This document shows, in pieces, positions 1 through 14,228 of a stretch of DNA of 64,000 nucleotides. The position numbers were made by a program, and so were the translations under genes. Every line of letters starts with the position of its first letter. Within the stretch, counting starts at the first letter, position 1. The DNA is from Chloroflexota bacterium (GTDB lineage: Bacteria; Chloroflexota; Anaerolineae; JAAEKA01): the NCBI GenBank assembly GCA_034717495.1, contig JAYELL010000101.1, positions 10,622 to 74,621 on the forward strand, in the 5' to 3' direction. Below the pieces are notes generated by a model. It made no database searches and was not told where the DNA came from. It saw only the letters and a program-made list of their open reading frames with translations.

Positions 1-336
1 AACAAGGGTCACCTGGACGACGCAGATATCTCTTACCACGACCACAATCCTTTCTGTGGTGACGAGATCACCCTCGAACTGAAGATCGAGGATGATAAGG
101 TCGTGCAGGTGGCATTCGATGGACGCGGCTGTGCCATCAGTCAGGCTGCAGCGTCCATGATGACCGAGGAAATCCTGGGGAAATCCCTGGATGAACTGCG
201 CGAATGGAACAAGGATGATATCCTGGACCTGCTCGGTATCGAGATTGGCCCGGTGCGCATGAAGTGCGCACTCTTGCCCCTCAAGGCACTCAAAGCCGGA
301 GTCTGGGGCATCGAAGGCTGGCCGAGCGACGAATAA
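1..336 (+). CDS. sufU: Fe-S cluster assembly scaffold SufU/IscU-like (5' truncated by window edge)
   Basis: Frame-1 translation from position 1 reads ...HNPFCGDEITLELKIEDDKVVQVAFDGRGCAISQAAASMMTE..., which carries the conserved Cys ligands of SufU/NifU-type scaffolds. Stop codon at 334-336. Confidence 0.75.
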   Translation, partial: NKGHLDDADISYHDHNPFCGDEITLELKIEDDKVVQVAFDGRGCAISQAAASMMTEEILGKSLDELREWNKDDILDLLGIEIGPVRMKCALLPLKALKAGVWGIEGWPSDE

Positions 337-375
337 GGGCAGTCGAATAAGCTTGTTTGAGAAAGAAAAAGACAT

Positions 376-696
376 ATGACAATATACGTCCGTGTCGCTG
401 CCGTGGGTGAGGTGCCTGCAGGCGGCAGAAAGAGGGTGGAAGTCGATGGAATCGAGGTTGCGGTCTTCAACGTCGATAATTCATCGTACTACGCTGTTGA
501 GGATATCTGTACCCACGACGGTGGACCGTTGGCCGATGGTGAGGTGATCAGTACCTACGAGATCGAGTGCCCGCGTCACGGTGCCCGTTTTGACATGCGC
601 TCAGGTGAAGCTCTCAGCATGCCGGCTTTCGAGCCCATTGAGACCTTCGAGGTGGTTGTCAGAGATGGGGAGATCCTCCTCGCGGTAGACTGGTAA
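376..696 (+). CDS. Rieske [2Fe-2S] ferredoxin domain protein
   Basis: CTHDGGPL...CPRHGARF are the two Rieske CxH motifs. 106 aa. Lies in the suf-like cluster. Confidence 0.8.
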   Translation: MTIYVRVAAVGEVPAGGRKRVEVDGIEVAVFNVDNSSYYAVEDICTHDGGPLADGEVISTYEIECPRHGARFDMRSGEALSMPAFEPIETFEVVVRDGEILLAVDW

Positions 697-715
697 GTGA
701 GTTGGAGGCATAACA

Positions 716-1024
716 ATGGCAGTTAACCCTGAAGATATTCGTGAGAAAATCCGAGAGGGCGTGATCGATCCGGAGATCGGTCTCAATATCGTCGATATCG
801 GTTTGATCTATGACGTTGAAGTCGAGGAAAATATCGCCGAGATCGACATGACTCTGACCAGCCCTGGGTGTCCCTTGGGCCCCCAGATAATCCGCGAGGT
901 CAAGGTGGCTGTGACGAGCAATTTTCCTGAGTTGGAGGCAGTCAACGTCAACATCGTGTGGCAGCCATTTTGGTCGCCCGAGATGATGAGTGATTGGGCC
1001 AAGGATGAGTTGGGTATCTTTTGA
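716..1024 (+). CDS. DUF59/MIP18-family Fe-S assembly protein (SufT-like)
   Basis: MAVNPEDIREKI...PEIGLNIVDIGLIYDV...TSPGCP is the typical PF01883 signature. Confidence 0.75.
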   Translation: MAVNPEDIREKIREGVIDPEIGLNIVDIGLIYDVEVEENIAEIDMTLTSPGCPLGPQIIREVKVAVTSNFPELEAVNVNIVWQPFWSPEMMSDWAKDELGIF

Positions 1025-1104
1025 CCAGATTTGACGGGTTTGAAACAGCAGACGGACCGAACCTGAACCAGGGCGGTCCGTTTTTTCAGGAAGGGCAAGG
1101 ATCC

Positions 1105-2316
1105 ATGGCTGAGATGTGGGATGCAGTCGTTGCCGGACATATCTGTGTTGACGTGATCCCTGATCTGGCCAACATTCCGCCCGACGAGTTTCAAAGCATG
1201 TTTCAACCCGGGCGCCTGTTGGAAGCAGGCCCGGTGGCATTTTCCACAGGCGGCGCTGTATCGAACACCGGGCTCGTTCTTCACAAGCTGGGCATTCAAA
1301 CCCAGTTGATGGGGAAAATCGGGGACGATCTCTTCGGCGAGGCAATCAGAAAGATTATCAGCGGCTTTGATGCCAGTCTTGTGGATGGCATGGTTGTCGA
1401 CTCCGCCGCGCAGACTTCCTATAGCGTGGTGATCAACCCGCCGCAGGTAGACCGAATCTTTCTGCATTATCCAGGGGCCAATGACAGCTTTTTCGCCGAC
1501 GATGTTCGCTATGATCTGGTGGCGCAGAGCCGGCTTTTCCATTTTGGATACCCGCCGATCATGAAATCGATGTATCAAAATGGGGGATCGGAGCTGATAG
1601 ATATCTACCAGCGATCCAAGGCTGCCGGCGTTACGACCTCGCTGGATCTATCCCTGCCTGATCCAACATCCCCCAGTGGACGGGCACCCTGGCAGCGCAT
1701 TCTTGAGGACACCTTGCCGTCAGTGGACATATTCCTGCCCAGCGCTGAGGAGATCTTGTTCATGCTGCGGCGAGGCACCTTTGACGATCTGCAGCAGAAC
1801 GCGGGGGGAATCGATATCCTGCCTCTGGTTACGCCCCAGTTGCTAAACGATTTGAGTAGCCAGCTTCTGGAAATGGGCACCAAAATCGTTGGCATCAAAC
1901 TGGGAGACCGGGGAATCTATCTGCGTACAGGCGGGGAAGCGGAGTTAGCGGCGATTGGCCGCGCTAAACCCTCGAACCCTGGCGCATGGGCCAACAGAGA
2001 ACTGTGGGCACCGGCATTTCAGGTCGGGGAAGTTGGCACCACGGGCGCCGGCGACTCCACCATCGCGGGATTTCTCAGCGCCTTGCTTCGGGACCTGTCT
2101 CCTGAAAAGGCGCTGGTCATGGCGACAGCGGTCGGCGCCTGCAATGTAGAAGCTGCCGATAGCCTTAGCGGGATACGTTCATGGCAGGCCACGCTGGATC
2201 GCGTCGCTGCAGGCTGGGCAAAGCGGCACCTGGCAATCGATGCAGCGGGTTGGCACTTCGACGAAGCTAATGCACTGTGGGCCAAAGAGAGCTCGACAGG
2301 GCAACGGCGGACTTGA
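1105..2316 (+). CDS. PfkB-family carbohydrate kinase (ribokinase-like)
   Basis: C-terminal GAGDSTIAGFL motif (PfkB signature 2) and overall ribokinase fold features. ATG at 1105 is preferred over the TTG at 1021 reported by the ORF track. Confidence 0.7.
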   Translation: MAEMWDAVVAGHICVDVIPDLANIPPDEFQSMFQPGRLLEAGPVAFSTGGAVSNTGLVLHKLGIQTQLMGKIGDDLFGEAIRKIISGFDASLVDGMVVDSAAQTSYSVVINPPQVDRIFLHYPGANDSFFADDVRYDLVAQSRLFHFGYPPIMKSMYQNGGSELIDIYQRSKAAGVTTSLDLSLPDPTSPSGRAPWQRILEDTLPSVDIFLPSAEEILFMLRRGTFDDLQQNAGGIDILPLVTPQLLNDLSSQLLEMGTKIVGIKLGDRGIYLRTGGEAELAAIGRAKPSNPGAWANRELWAPAFQVGEVGTTGAGDSTIAGFLSALLRDLSPEKALVMATAVGACNVEAADSLSGIRSWQATLDRVAAGWAKRHLAIDAAGWHFDEANALWAKESSTGQRRT

Positions 2317-2390
2317 AGGTCGAGCACCGTTCAACCGAAAAACACAGTGTAGGGGTGTGTCAGGTCAGGAGAAAAGGCCTGGCATTCTTG

Positions 2391-3911
2391 TTATGAGCGG
2401 TGCGGCTGTGCCAGGGCGATCAATATGCTGCGCAGTCCGCGGGCTGTGACTGCCAGCAGGAATGGGTGGCCTTCGGGGGATCGATCGAGGCTCCAGGCTG
2501 TCGCGGCTGCCAGGTCGGCTGTTGTCTGTTCGCCCGCCAGTGCGAGCCACTCGCTCATTTTGTTCAGACTGGTCTTCACTAGTGCCTGTTGGGCGCTTTG
2601 ATCCGCGAACTCAGTGCGAGTAAGCTGCTCAACCCCTCTCTCGAACTGCTCGGGTGTTATTTCCTTGCCAGTCTCCAACATTGCTTCCGCGGCTTCAAAA
2701 ACCCGTTCGGACAGAAGTACCCAACCCGCCATTGCAACCTGATCCAACAGAATGAGGGTTTCCTCCGGGGCAACCGGCTGGGGTTCAGCACTGGTTGGCC
2801 GAGGTTGGGGCGGCGACCAACGCCAGAGCGCAACATTATGGAATCTGTAAGCCAGCGACGGCGTGGTCCGGTGAAGCCAATTGGTTGATAAGCCATCCAG
2901 GACCCGCCGCCGTCCATAGTCAAAAGGCGCTTCAAGCCAGGTGAGTCCCGGTAAGGACTTGTCGGCAGCATGGAGCGTGCCTTTCGACATGGCTGGTGGA
3001 AGGGTTTCATTGGGCACCGAAAGATTGCCCAGCGCATCGACGATTCCAGCCTGTCCCGTGATCTGCAGTTGCAGCACGGCACAGGTCTCTTCATCTTCAT
3101 TTGGTACACAAAACCACAGGAGCTGACGGCCCATGATATCAATAGGGCTGGCGAGACAACGGCTGGCAGCCGGAGGTGGGGCTGGGGGCGTCACAGCTAT
3201 GCCCTGCAGACGCAGCTTCTGCAGCGCGCGTCGGGCTTCGGGCTTCCGGTCCGGCGGAAGCGTAGGAATCAGTTCCTGAAGGGCTTTGCTTGCCTCACGG
3301 TTGATGGTGGAACCAAGGATTCCCAGGGCCTCGCTGGCTGCGGGGGTGTGCGGATCCTGAGCGAACAGCCGCAAAAGCTCGACTCTCTCCCCTTCGGAAA
3401 GTCGGCGCGTACTCTGGACCATCGTCATGAGAACATCGAGTGGCTCAAAGCTGAGTTGTCCCAGATAATCGAGCAGAATCGATGGGTTTGCCGGTACCTC
3501 CGCAAGCACTTGCTGTAGGGACTGGAGAGCCAATTTCTCAGGGGAGGCCATGTTGGCATACATACTTTCATCAGGTTCCACACCCAGATAGCGCTGCAGA
3601 ATCATGATGGCGCTCATGCGAGCCTGATCAGGCTCACTGCGGTCGCGAGCCACCGCACTCAGCGCGGTGATGGTTCTGTCCTGATCGAAAAATGTGGACA
3701 GGTATCCCAACCCGCCCCGAAGCTGAGGGTTGGAGGTATTCAGGGCTGCCAGCATCGCCGGAATCGCCTGCTCACCGTGTTGTTCAGCAATGCCCTGGGC
3801 CTTCTCATAGAGTTCCTGGTCGTCGCTGGTATCGGCAAACGAGCGGATGGCGTTTTCCAGCGCCAACCGATTCTGGAAGGAGGTAATGATCTTCGAATGG
3901 CGGTCGCTCAT
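2391..3911 (-). CDS. hypothetical protein, alpha-helical (HEAT/ARM-like N-terminus)
   Basis: Long ORF with codon-usage-consistent reading frame and no recognisable catalytic motif. Start taken at MSDRHSK. Confidence 0.5.
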   Translation of the reverse strand: MSDRHSKIITSFQNRLALENAIRSFADTSDDQELYEKAQGIAEQHGEQAIPAMLAALNTSNPQLRGGLGYLSTFFDQDRTITALSAVARDRSEPDQARMSAIMILQRYLGVEPDESMYANMASPEKLALQSLQQVLAEVPANPSILLDYLGQLSFEPLDVLMTMVQSTRRLSEGERVELLRLFAQDPHTPAASEALGILGSTINREASKALQELIPTLPPDRKPEARRALQKLRLQGIAVTPPAPPPAASRCLASPIDIMGRQLLWFCVPNEDEETCAVLQLQITGQAGIVDALGNLSVPNETLPPAMSKGTLHAADKSLPGLTWLEAPFDYGRRRVLDGLSTNWLHRTTPSLAYRFHNVALWRWSPPQPRPTSAEPQPVAPEETLILLDQVAMAGWVLLSERVFEAAEAMLETGKEITPEQFERGVEQLTRTEFADQSAQQALVKTSLNKMSEWLALAGEQTTADLAAATAWSLDRSPEGHPFLLAVTARGLRSILIALAQPHRS

Positions 3912-4045
3912 GGCGAGGATTATACAGTAACTGACATGTAAGAACAACAAAACCATTTGCCAGAAGTCTGCTGGGATGTTACACTAGAGGCTGCTTTAGA
4001 ACGGGCGATCGAGTCTGTTTCCCGGCGGAATCTGGAGACCAAATC

Positions 4046-5737
4046 ATGGCAACTCAGGTGCTTTACCGCAAATGGCGTTCCCAAACATTTGAAGAGGTCA
4101 TTGGGCAGGAACATGTGACTCGCACGTTGCGAAACGCTATACGTGATGGGCGGATCGCTCATGCCTATCTGTTTACGGGCCCCCGGGGAACGGGAAAGAC
4201 CAGCACGGCGCGTTTGTTGGCCAAGGCGGTGAATTGTCTTGAAGAGGATCCTGGCGATCGGCCAGACAACACCTGTGAAATCTGTCAGGCGATCACCGAG
4301 GGTTCCCTGCTGGACCTGATCGAGATCGACGCTGCCTCAAATCGAGGGATCGACGAGATCCGCGATCTTCGAGACAGGGTTCATTATTCCCCTGGCCTGG
4401 CTCGCTACAAGGTCTATGTCATCGATGAAGTGCATATGTTGACGACCGAGGCCTTCAATGCCTTGTTGAAAACCCTGGAGGAACCTCCGGCTCACGTTAT
4501 CTTTGTGTTGGCTACCACCGAACCTCACAAGATCCCCGACACTGTTCTGTCTCGCTGCCAGCGCTTTGACTTTCGCCGTATTCCCAGCCATCTGATTGTC
4601 GAACGACTGGCCTACATTTTGGAACAAGAAGAGCGTGCTGCAGAGCCGGTTGCGTTGGAGATGATTGCTCGCAGCTCCGAAGGATGTATGCGGGATGCCA
4701 TCAGTCTCATCGACCAACTGCTATCTTACGGCGGGGAGGTAATTACTGAAGCTCAGGTGCAGGCAGTCCGGGGAACCATCTCGGGGCAAGCCATCGCCGA
4801 GATCGTGGACTATATGGTCGCCAGGGATGCCGGCGGCGGCCTTGCCCTGGTCAATCAGATGGCCAACGAGGGAATCGATCTTCGCCAACTGGCCCTGCAG
4901 TTGGTGGCCCACCTGCGTTCCGTGTTATTGGTCAGGGTTGGTGGTGAAGGTGCCAGGGATATCTTGTCTGACCTCTCGGAACAACAGCTGGCGGTGGTAC
5001 AGACCCAGGCAGACGAACTGGAGGCCGGGACTGTTTCCCGGGCCATTCGCGCGATAAACCAGGCAAGCCGGGAAATGCGGGACTCTCCCTATCCCCAGCT
5101 GGTGCTTGAATTGGCCTGGCTTGAGGTGGTTGAGCCGTCGATGGGTGCCGCTCTGGCTCCGACAGGTTCGTTGTCCGTGGCGGCCCCACCGCCGATTTCC
5201 CGAGCGGCCGCCACGGAACGGGTTTCGGTCCCAAAAACCTTTGGCAGGGAGCAGAGTCCGTCGGAACGCCGCGAGGCAAGCGCTGGGCCACCGTTGCCCA
5301 AAGCGGACGCACCGGTTCCGGAAGAGGATATTGTGGAGACTCTGCGCGCCAACTGGACCCCATTGCTCTTCGCAGCGGAGGAGAAAAGCGGTGCTTCTCT
5401 GCGAGGTGCATTGCGCACATTGCGCAATGTGGTGGCCCAGGGGGATGATGTTTACTTTGCCTTCGAACATGAGTTTGCCAAGACCGTGGTTGAACGGCCA
5501 GCTAACAAGGCGTTTCTCCAGGAGATGCTTGGACAGATACTCGGCAAGATGGTTCGCTTGCATTGTCAGGTCGGTACCCAGGTTACAGGTGTCAGCGAAC
5601 CGGTACACCGTCCGGCGCCAACACCCGCCGTGCCGCAGGGGCCTGAAGAGCAAGACTTGAGCGATGATCCGGTTGCCGAGCACGCGCGTGAAAACCTGGG
5701 TGCCGTGACCAGCAAGATTGGTCCCACCGGATCTTGA
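4046..5737 (+). CDS. dnaX: DNA polymerase III subunit gamma/tau
   Basis: N-terminus YRKWRSQTFEEVIGQEHV...HAYLFTGPRGTGKTSTARLLAKAVNC is the canonical DnaX clamp-loader Walker A. Zn-finger CxxC at CEIC. Confidence 0.95.
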   Translation: MATQVLYRKWRSQTFEEVIGQEHVTRTLRNAIRDGRIAHAYLFTGPRGTGKTSTARLLAKAVNCLEEDPGDRPDNTCEICQAITEGSLLDLIEIDAASNRGIDEIRDLRDRVHYSPGLARYKVYVIDEVHMLTTEAFNALLKTLEEPPAHVIFVLATTEPHKIPDTVLSRCQRFDFRRIPSHLIVERLAYILEQEERAAEPVALEMIARSSEGCMRDAISLIDQLLSYGGEVITEAQVQAVRGTISGQAIAEIVDYMVARDAGGGLALVNQMANEGIDLRQLALQLVAHLRSVLLVRVGGEGARDILSDLSEQQLAVVQTQADELEAGTVSRAIRAINQASREMRDSPYPQLVLELAWLEVVEPSMGAALAPTGSLSVAAPPPISRAAATERVSVPKTFGREQSPSERREASAGPPLPKADAPVPEEDIVETLRANWTPLLFAAEEKSGASLRGALRTLRNVVAQGDDVYFAFEHEFAKTVVERPANKAFLQEMLGQILGKMVRLHCQVGTQVTGVSEPVHRPAPTPAVPQGPEEQDLSDDPVAEHARENLGAVTSKIGPTGS

Positions 5738-5785
5738 CGGAATCCTGACTGGATTGAAAACTTTCATGGTGATGGAGGATTAACT

Positions 5786-6151
5786 GTGGCGAAAAAGAAG
5801 ATCAAACGATCCCGGCCTCAAGGGGGTAAAAAATCACTGCCTGGCGGCGGTGGCATGCTGGATCAGATTCGCCAACTTCAGGAAGAGATGGCGCGAACTC
5901 AGGAAACTCTGAGCGATGAGACAGTGGAGGTCTCTGTAGGGGGCGGCGTGGTCACAATGGTGATAACAGGCAACCAGCGTCTTGAGTCTGTAACCATCGA
6001 GCCGGAATTGCTGGACCCGGATGATGTTGAAATGTTGCAGGATTTGATCCTGGCTGCTGTCAACGAGGCCATCGAACAGTCGCAGAGTCTGGCATCTGAT
6101 CGCATGGGTGCCCTTACGGGCGGATTGGATATTCCAGGTCTTCTTGGATAA
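5786..6151 (+). CDS. ybaB: nucleoid-associated protein YbaB/EbfC
   Basis: MLDQIRQLQEEMARTQETL...VTMVITGNQ is the YbaB family pattern. Canonical position between dnaX and recR. GTG start with GGAGG RBS. Confidence 0.85.
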   Translation: MAKKKIKRSRPQGGKKSLPGGGGMLDQIRQLQEEMARTQETLSDETVEVSVGGGVVTMVITGNQRLESVTIEPELLDPDDVEMLQDLILAAVNEAIEQSQSLASDRMGALTGGLDIPGLLG

Positions 6152-6170
6152 TATCGGTTGAGGATCAGAG

Positions 6171-6770
6171 ATGCAGAAGGTAGCCACGCCAATAGCCAAT
6201 GTCATCGACGCGCTATCTCGGTTGCCCGGGATTGGGCCCAAGACGGCGGCACGGTTGGCCTATTATATGTTGCGAGCACCCGAGGAAGAGGTGTTTGTGC
6301 TGGCCGATGCCCTGCGCGAGCTTCGGGAGCGTACGGTGTTCTGTGAGCGGTGCCATAACATTGCCGAGACGAGTCCATGCGCTATCTGCACCAGTGAGGA
6401 ACGGGATCGCTCGGTGATCTGTGTGGTCGAGGAACCGTCTGATGTTCTGGCGATTGAGCGAACCCGGGCCTATCGTGGCGTATATCATGTATTGCATGGT
6501 GCCATATCGCCTGTGGATGGGGTGGGGCCAGAACAGTTGCGGGTTGCCGAATTATTGGCCCGGCTGCAGGTGGAGCCGGTAGATGAAGTGCTGTTGGCGA
6601 CCAACCCCAACCTTGAGGGGGAGGCAACGGCCATGTACCTGGCCCATTTGATTGGACCTTTAGGGATACGGGTAACACGGTTGGCTCACGGCCTGCCGGT
6701 CGGGGGCGATCTGGAATATGCAGATGAAATGACCCTGAGCCGGGCGCTGGAAGGCCGGCGTGAGATGTAA
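6171..6770 (+). CDS. recR: recombination protein RecR
   Basis: [17 protein letters not shown] helix-hairpin-helix plus C4 zinc finger CERCHNI...CAIC, followed by a Toprim domain. Confidence 0.95.
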   Translation: MQKVATPIANVIDALSRLPGIGPKTAARLAYYMLRAPEEEVFVLADALRELRERTVFCERCHNIAETSPCAICTSEERDRSVICVVEEPSDVLAIERTRAYRGVYHVLHGAISPVDGVGPEQLRVAELLARLQVEPVDEVLLATNPNLEGEATAMYLAHLIGPLGIRVTRLAHGLPVGGDLEYADEMTLSRALEGRREM

Positions 6771-6932
6771 AGAACGATTCTGGTCTGTTTGGCGCAGGCT
6801 GGCGGGCAAGATGTTGTGGCACCACCTGTTTCCTGTACAACATCTGGGGCCAGGTGATTTTGAACCATTGTTTGCGATGGTCGGAAAAGAAATCGAAGGT
6901 AGAAATCGGGCCTGATCTATTGACTTGAGATT

Positions 6933-6961
6933 TTGACAGGGGAAAACCTGTGTGGTAGAAT
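6933..6961 (+). promoter_or_regulatory. rRNA operon promoter P1 (TTGACA-N17-TGgTAGAAT)
   Basis: Consensus -35 TTGACA at 6933-6938, 17-nt spacer, extended -10 tgg TAGAAT at 6956-6961. Confidence 0.6.
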
Positions 6962-7085
6962 TTCCTGTAGTGATGAGGCATATGCCTCAGTAGCTGCAGG
7001 ATATGACATCTGGACCTGAGTGAACAGGTCTTCTGGATTGTCGACCGCGGCCTTGGCTGCCGGTTTTTTTGTCCGGAAGTGGGAT

Positions 7086-7114
7086 TTGACAATCAGGTTT
7101 GGATGTGGTAACAT
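7086..7114 (+). promoter_or_regulatory. rRNA operon promoter P2 (TTGACA-N17-TAACAT)
   Basis: TTGACA at 7086-7091, 17-nt spacer ending in tgtgg, -10 TAACAT. Same architecture as P1 and P3. Confidence 0.5.
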
Positions 7115-7228
7115 TCTTTCTTGCGCAGGCGGTAAGCCTGGGCAGGAAGTTAACAGCGGATAATCGGAAGCGCTGTGGGTAGTCACCGCGGCTGGCACGA
7201 CAGGCGCCGGTTTCGTTGAGATCGGGGC

Positions 7229-7257
7229 TTGACAAGTGTTCGGAGATGTGGTAGACT
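7229..7257 (+). promoter_or_regulatory. rRNA operon promoter P3 (TTGACA-N17-TAGACT)
   Basis: TTGACA at 7229-7234, 17-nt spacer ending in tgtgg, -10 TAGACT at 7252-7257, about 95 nt upstream of the 16S 5' end. Confidence 0.55.
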
Positions 7258-7351
7258 GCTTTCTCGTGTGGATAGCACATTAACAACTGAAAAGTGACAG
7301 GAAGGAACCAGTGTTTTGGGCTTCTGACCTATATGGTCAAGTCAATCTTTT

Positions 7352-8851
<1,500 letters not shown>

Positions 8852-8992
8852 CTAGGGAGTTATGGCCTGCCGAAGTCGGGTTAAGCCGACTGTCGGGTGG
8901 CATACTCCTAGGTCAATTGCTCGGCCTTGAGTCGAGTAACTTCCAAAACACCCTTGCTGTCACTTTTTAGTTGTTAATGATGTCTTCCGAGA

Positions 8993-9067
<75 letters not shown>

Positions 9068-9337
9068 TGACTGAAGCGCCGGTAGAGCACTGGTAGAAGA
9101 TTAAAACAAAGATATGAGCTTCAATCGCCAAGACAAGGCATAGATCATCAGTTTAAGCACGCGACGATCGTCAGACGACCCGGCGTTGTGCCGGGTCGTT
9201 TTTGCGTCTTGGGGAGTTGGTTTCTGAAGTTTGGGCTCAAGGTGTTTGAGGGCAAACTTCAGCAACCAAATGCTGAGATGTAGTTGTTACCTTAACAACC
9301 GAATAGAATGCGTACGCTTCAATTTCTTCCATCTCAT

Positions 9338-12328
<2,991 letters not shown>

Positions 12329-12408
12329 ATGAGGTGGTAGAGATTGAAAGCTGCATTCTATTCGGTTGTTAGGGTAACAACTCATATTAACTCGATAAAT
12401 AAGCTCCA

Positions 12409-12523
12409 TTGGTGACTCTAGCGGAGGTGGTACACCCAGTCCCATCCCGAACCTGGCAGTTAAGACCTCCAGCGCCGATGGTAGTTGGGACGTAGGTCCC
12501 TGCAAGAGTAGGTCGTTGCCAAC
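12409..12523 (+). rRNA. rrf: 5S ribosomal RNA
   Basis: TGGTGACTCTAGCGGAGGTGGTACACCCAGTCCCATCCCGAACCTGG...GTAGGTCGTTGCCAA matches the 5S consensus. T-run immediately downstream. Confidence 0.9.
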
Positions 12524-12550
12524 GGAGCTTGTTTTTTTTCCAACAAACCT

Positions 12551-12608
12551 CAGCTGTTTGCCTATTGCGCCTGACTATGTTAGAATGGCTGCACTGCAAA
12601 CAGCTTTT
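12551..12608 (+). terminator. candidate rho-independent terminator after rRNA operon
   Basis: A 10-bp stem (cagctgtttgc / gcaaacagct) with a long loop, followed by TTTTTT. Confidence 0.4.
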
Positions 12609-12694
12609 TTCTTTATTGAGAATGTGTGAGGAACTATCGGCCGATCCGGCCGACGACAATTATAATCCAAGACGTCTTTCGTTCAGCTCATCAG

Positions 12695-12746
12695 ACGCCG
12701 GTTAGCTCAGTACCATGGTACTGGGTTGTCTGGCGTTTTTTGTTTC
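12695..12746 (+). terminator. candidate rho-independent terminator (second)
   Basis: Imperfect hairpin centred on the perfect 16-nt palindrome cagtaccatggtactg, closed by acgcc/ggcgt, followed by TTTTTT. Confidence 0.45.
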
Positions 12747-12816
12747 CCTGGTTTGAATCGTGGGGATCGATAATCGACCTTCACGCTCAACGTAGCAATA
12801 ATCGGAGAATATTGGC

Positions 12817-14169
12817 GTGACTTCCCAAATCGACGTCGTAATCCTGGCTGCGGGTGAAAGCACCAGGATGCGTTCAAATACGCCCAAGGTCCTGCACTCC
12901 CTGGCGGGACGTCCTATGATCGACTACTCTGTCCGGCTGGCGGAGGCTCTTTCTGATCAGCTTCCCCTGGTTGTTGTCGGGCGCGGCGCCGATGAAGTGA
13001 AGGCCTTTTTAGGCGACAGAGTTGTCTATGTCGAACAGCGCGAACGACTTGGCACAGGCCATGCGGTGCTCCAGGCTCGATCGGTCCTTGCCGAAAGGCC
13101 CAATACAACCCTCGTCTTTTACGGAGATATGCCGCTACTCACGGTGGAGACCATGGCGGGACTCCTGGCGTTGCACGAGCAGTCAGGTGGAAAACTCTCC
13201 ATGTTGACCTTCGAGAGTGATACACCCAGGGGATTTGGGCGAATCGTTCGAGGTCAGAATGGCGATGTCCAGGCAATCGTCGAGGAGGTTGACTGCACGC
13301 CCGGGCAATTTCTGATTACGGAACTCAATCCTGGTCTTTACTGCTACGATGGCGATTGGCTCTGGCAGAGCCTTGAAGCGATACCTATCGGTTCCAAAGG
13401 CGAATATTTCCTGACCGATCTGGTAGAGATCGCAGTCAATCAGGGCCACAGGGTGGCTGCCCACATCGTAGACGATGCGAGCGAAATGTTGGGCATAAAT
13501 AATCGGATTCATCTGGCTGAAGCGGAACAGGTCATACGCCAGCGGATCAATCGGTACTGGATGGAGTCGGGCGTTACCATGATCGATCCCGCTTCAACTT
13601 ACATAGACGATACCGTCATGATTGGTCCGGATACCAGGATCTTGCCCTCGACGCATCTGAAGGGTAGCACCCGGATCGGCGGGGGATGTGAAATCGGCCC
13701 CGGAAGCTTCGTTGCAGATACGCTGGTCGGCGATCGTTGTGTCGTACGCTTTTCGATGTTGGAGCAGGCAACCCTGGAAGATCAGGTCAATGTCGGGCCC
13801 TTCTCTCATCTCAGGCCCGGCGCACATCTCGCCCAAGGTGTCCACATGGGCAACTTTGGTGAGGTTAAGAACTCTTATCTTGGTCCCGGCGTGAAGATGG
13901 GGCATTTCAGTTATCTTGGCGATGCGACGGTCGGTCGCAATGTAAATATCGGAGCGGGGACTATTACCTGCAATTACGATGGCAAGAAGAAGCAGGCCAC
14001 GGTCATTGAGGATGATGTTTTCATCGGCAGTGACACCATGTTGGTGGCACCAGTCACTTTAGGAGAAGGCGCGCAAACCGGCGCAGGGTCTGTCGTTACC
14101 AAAGATGTTCCACCTGGACAACTTGTCCTGGGCGTTCCTGCGCGGCCGCGCTCAGAAAACGAAGGATAG
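12817..14169 (+). CDS. glmU: bifunctional UDP-GlcNAc pyrophosphorylase / GlcN-1-P N-acetyltransferase
   Basis: VVILAAGESTRMRSNTPKVLH...L(x)GRPMI N-terminal nucleotidyltransferase motif. C-terminal left-handed beta-helix hexapeptide repeats. GTG start with GGAGAA RBS. Confidence 0.93.
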   Translation: MTSQIDVVILAAGESTRMRSNTPKVLHSLAGRPMIDYSVRLAEALSDQLPLVVVGRGADEVKAFLGDRVVYVEQRERLGTGHAVLQARSVLAERPNTTLVFYGDMPLLTVETMAGLLALHEQSGGKLSMLTFESDTPRGFGRIVRGQNGDVQAIVEEVDCTPGQFLITELNPGLYCYDGDWLWQSLEAIPIGSKGEYFLTDLVEIAVNQGHRVAAHIVDDASEMLGINNRIHLAEAEQVIRQRINRYWMESGVTMIDPASTYIDDTVMIGPDTRILPSTHLKGSTRIGGGCEIGPGSFVADTLVGDRCVVRFSMLEQATLEDQVNVGPFSHLRPGAHLAQGVHMGNFGEVKNSYLGPGVKMGHFSYLGDATVGRNVNIGAGTITCNYDGKKKQATVIEDDVFIGSDTMLVAPVTLGEGAQTGAGSVVTKDVPPGQLVLGVPARPRSENEG

Positions 14170-14228
14170 AACTTGAGGTCAATCAACGACTCTGTTAGAC
14201 ATTGTGCCTGAGATTGGGAGAATTACAG

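Noticed and set aside
1021-1104. TTG start at 1021 for the PfkB kinase (4-nt overlap with the DUF59 gene)
   Set aside because: The N-terminal 28 residues are low-complexity. The ATG at 1105 lies after a purine-rich stretch and gives the conserved kinase N-terminus. It is retained as an alternative only.
4925-5767. Long antisense ORFs (280 aa, 162 aa, 184 aa) inside dnaX
   Set aside because: They lie opposite a strongly supported conserved gene. Open antisense frames are expected at this GC content, and their translations are Arg/Pro/Gly-rich with no motif.
6780-6860. Hairpin agatgttgt...acaacatct after recR as a terminator
   Set aside because: The stem is only 9 bp with a ~19-nt loop and no U-tract. 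Evidence is too weak to list as a feature.
12695-12746. tRNA-like sequence (agctcagt D-loop-like) after the 5S gene
   Set aside because: No cloverleaf can be formed. The best fold is a long hairpin plus T-run, so it was called a terminator.
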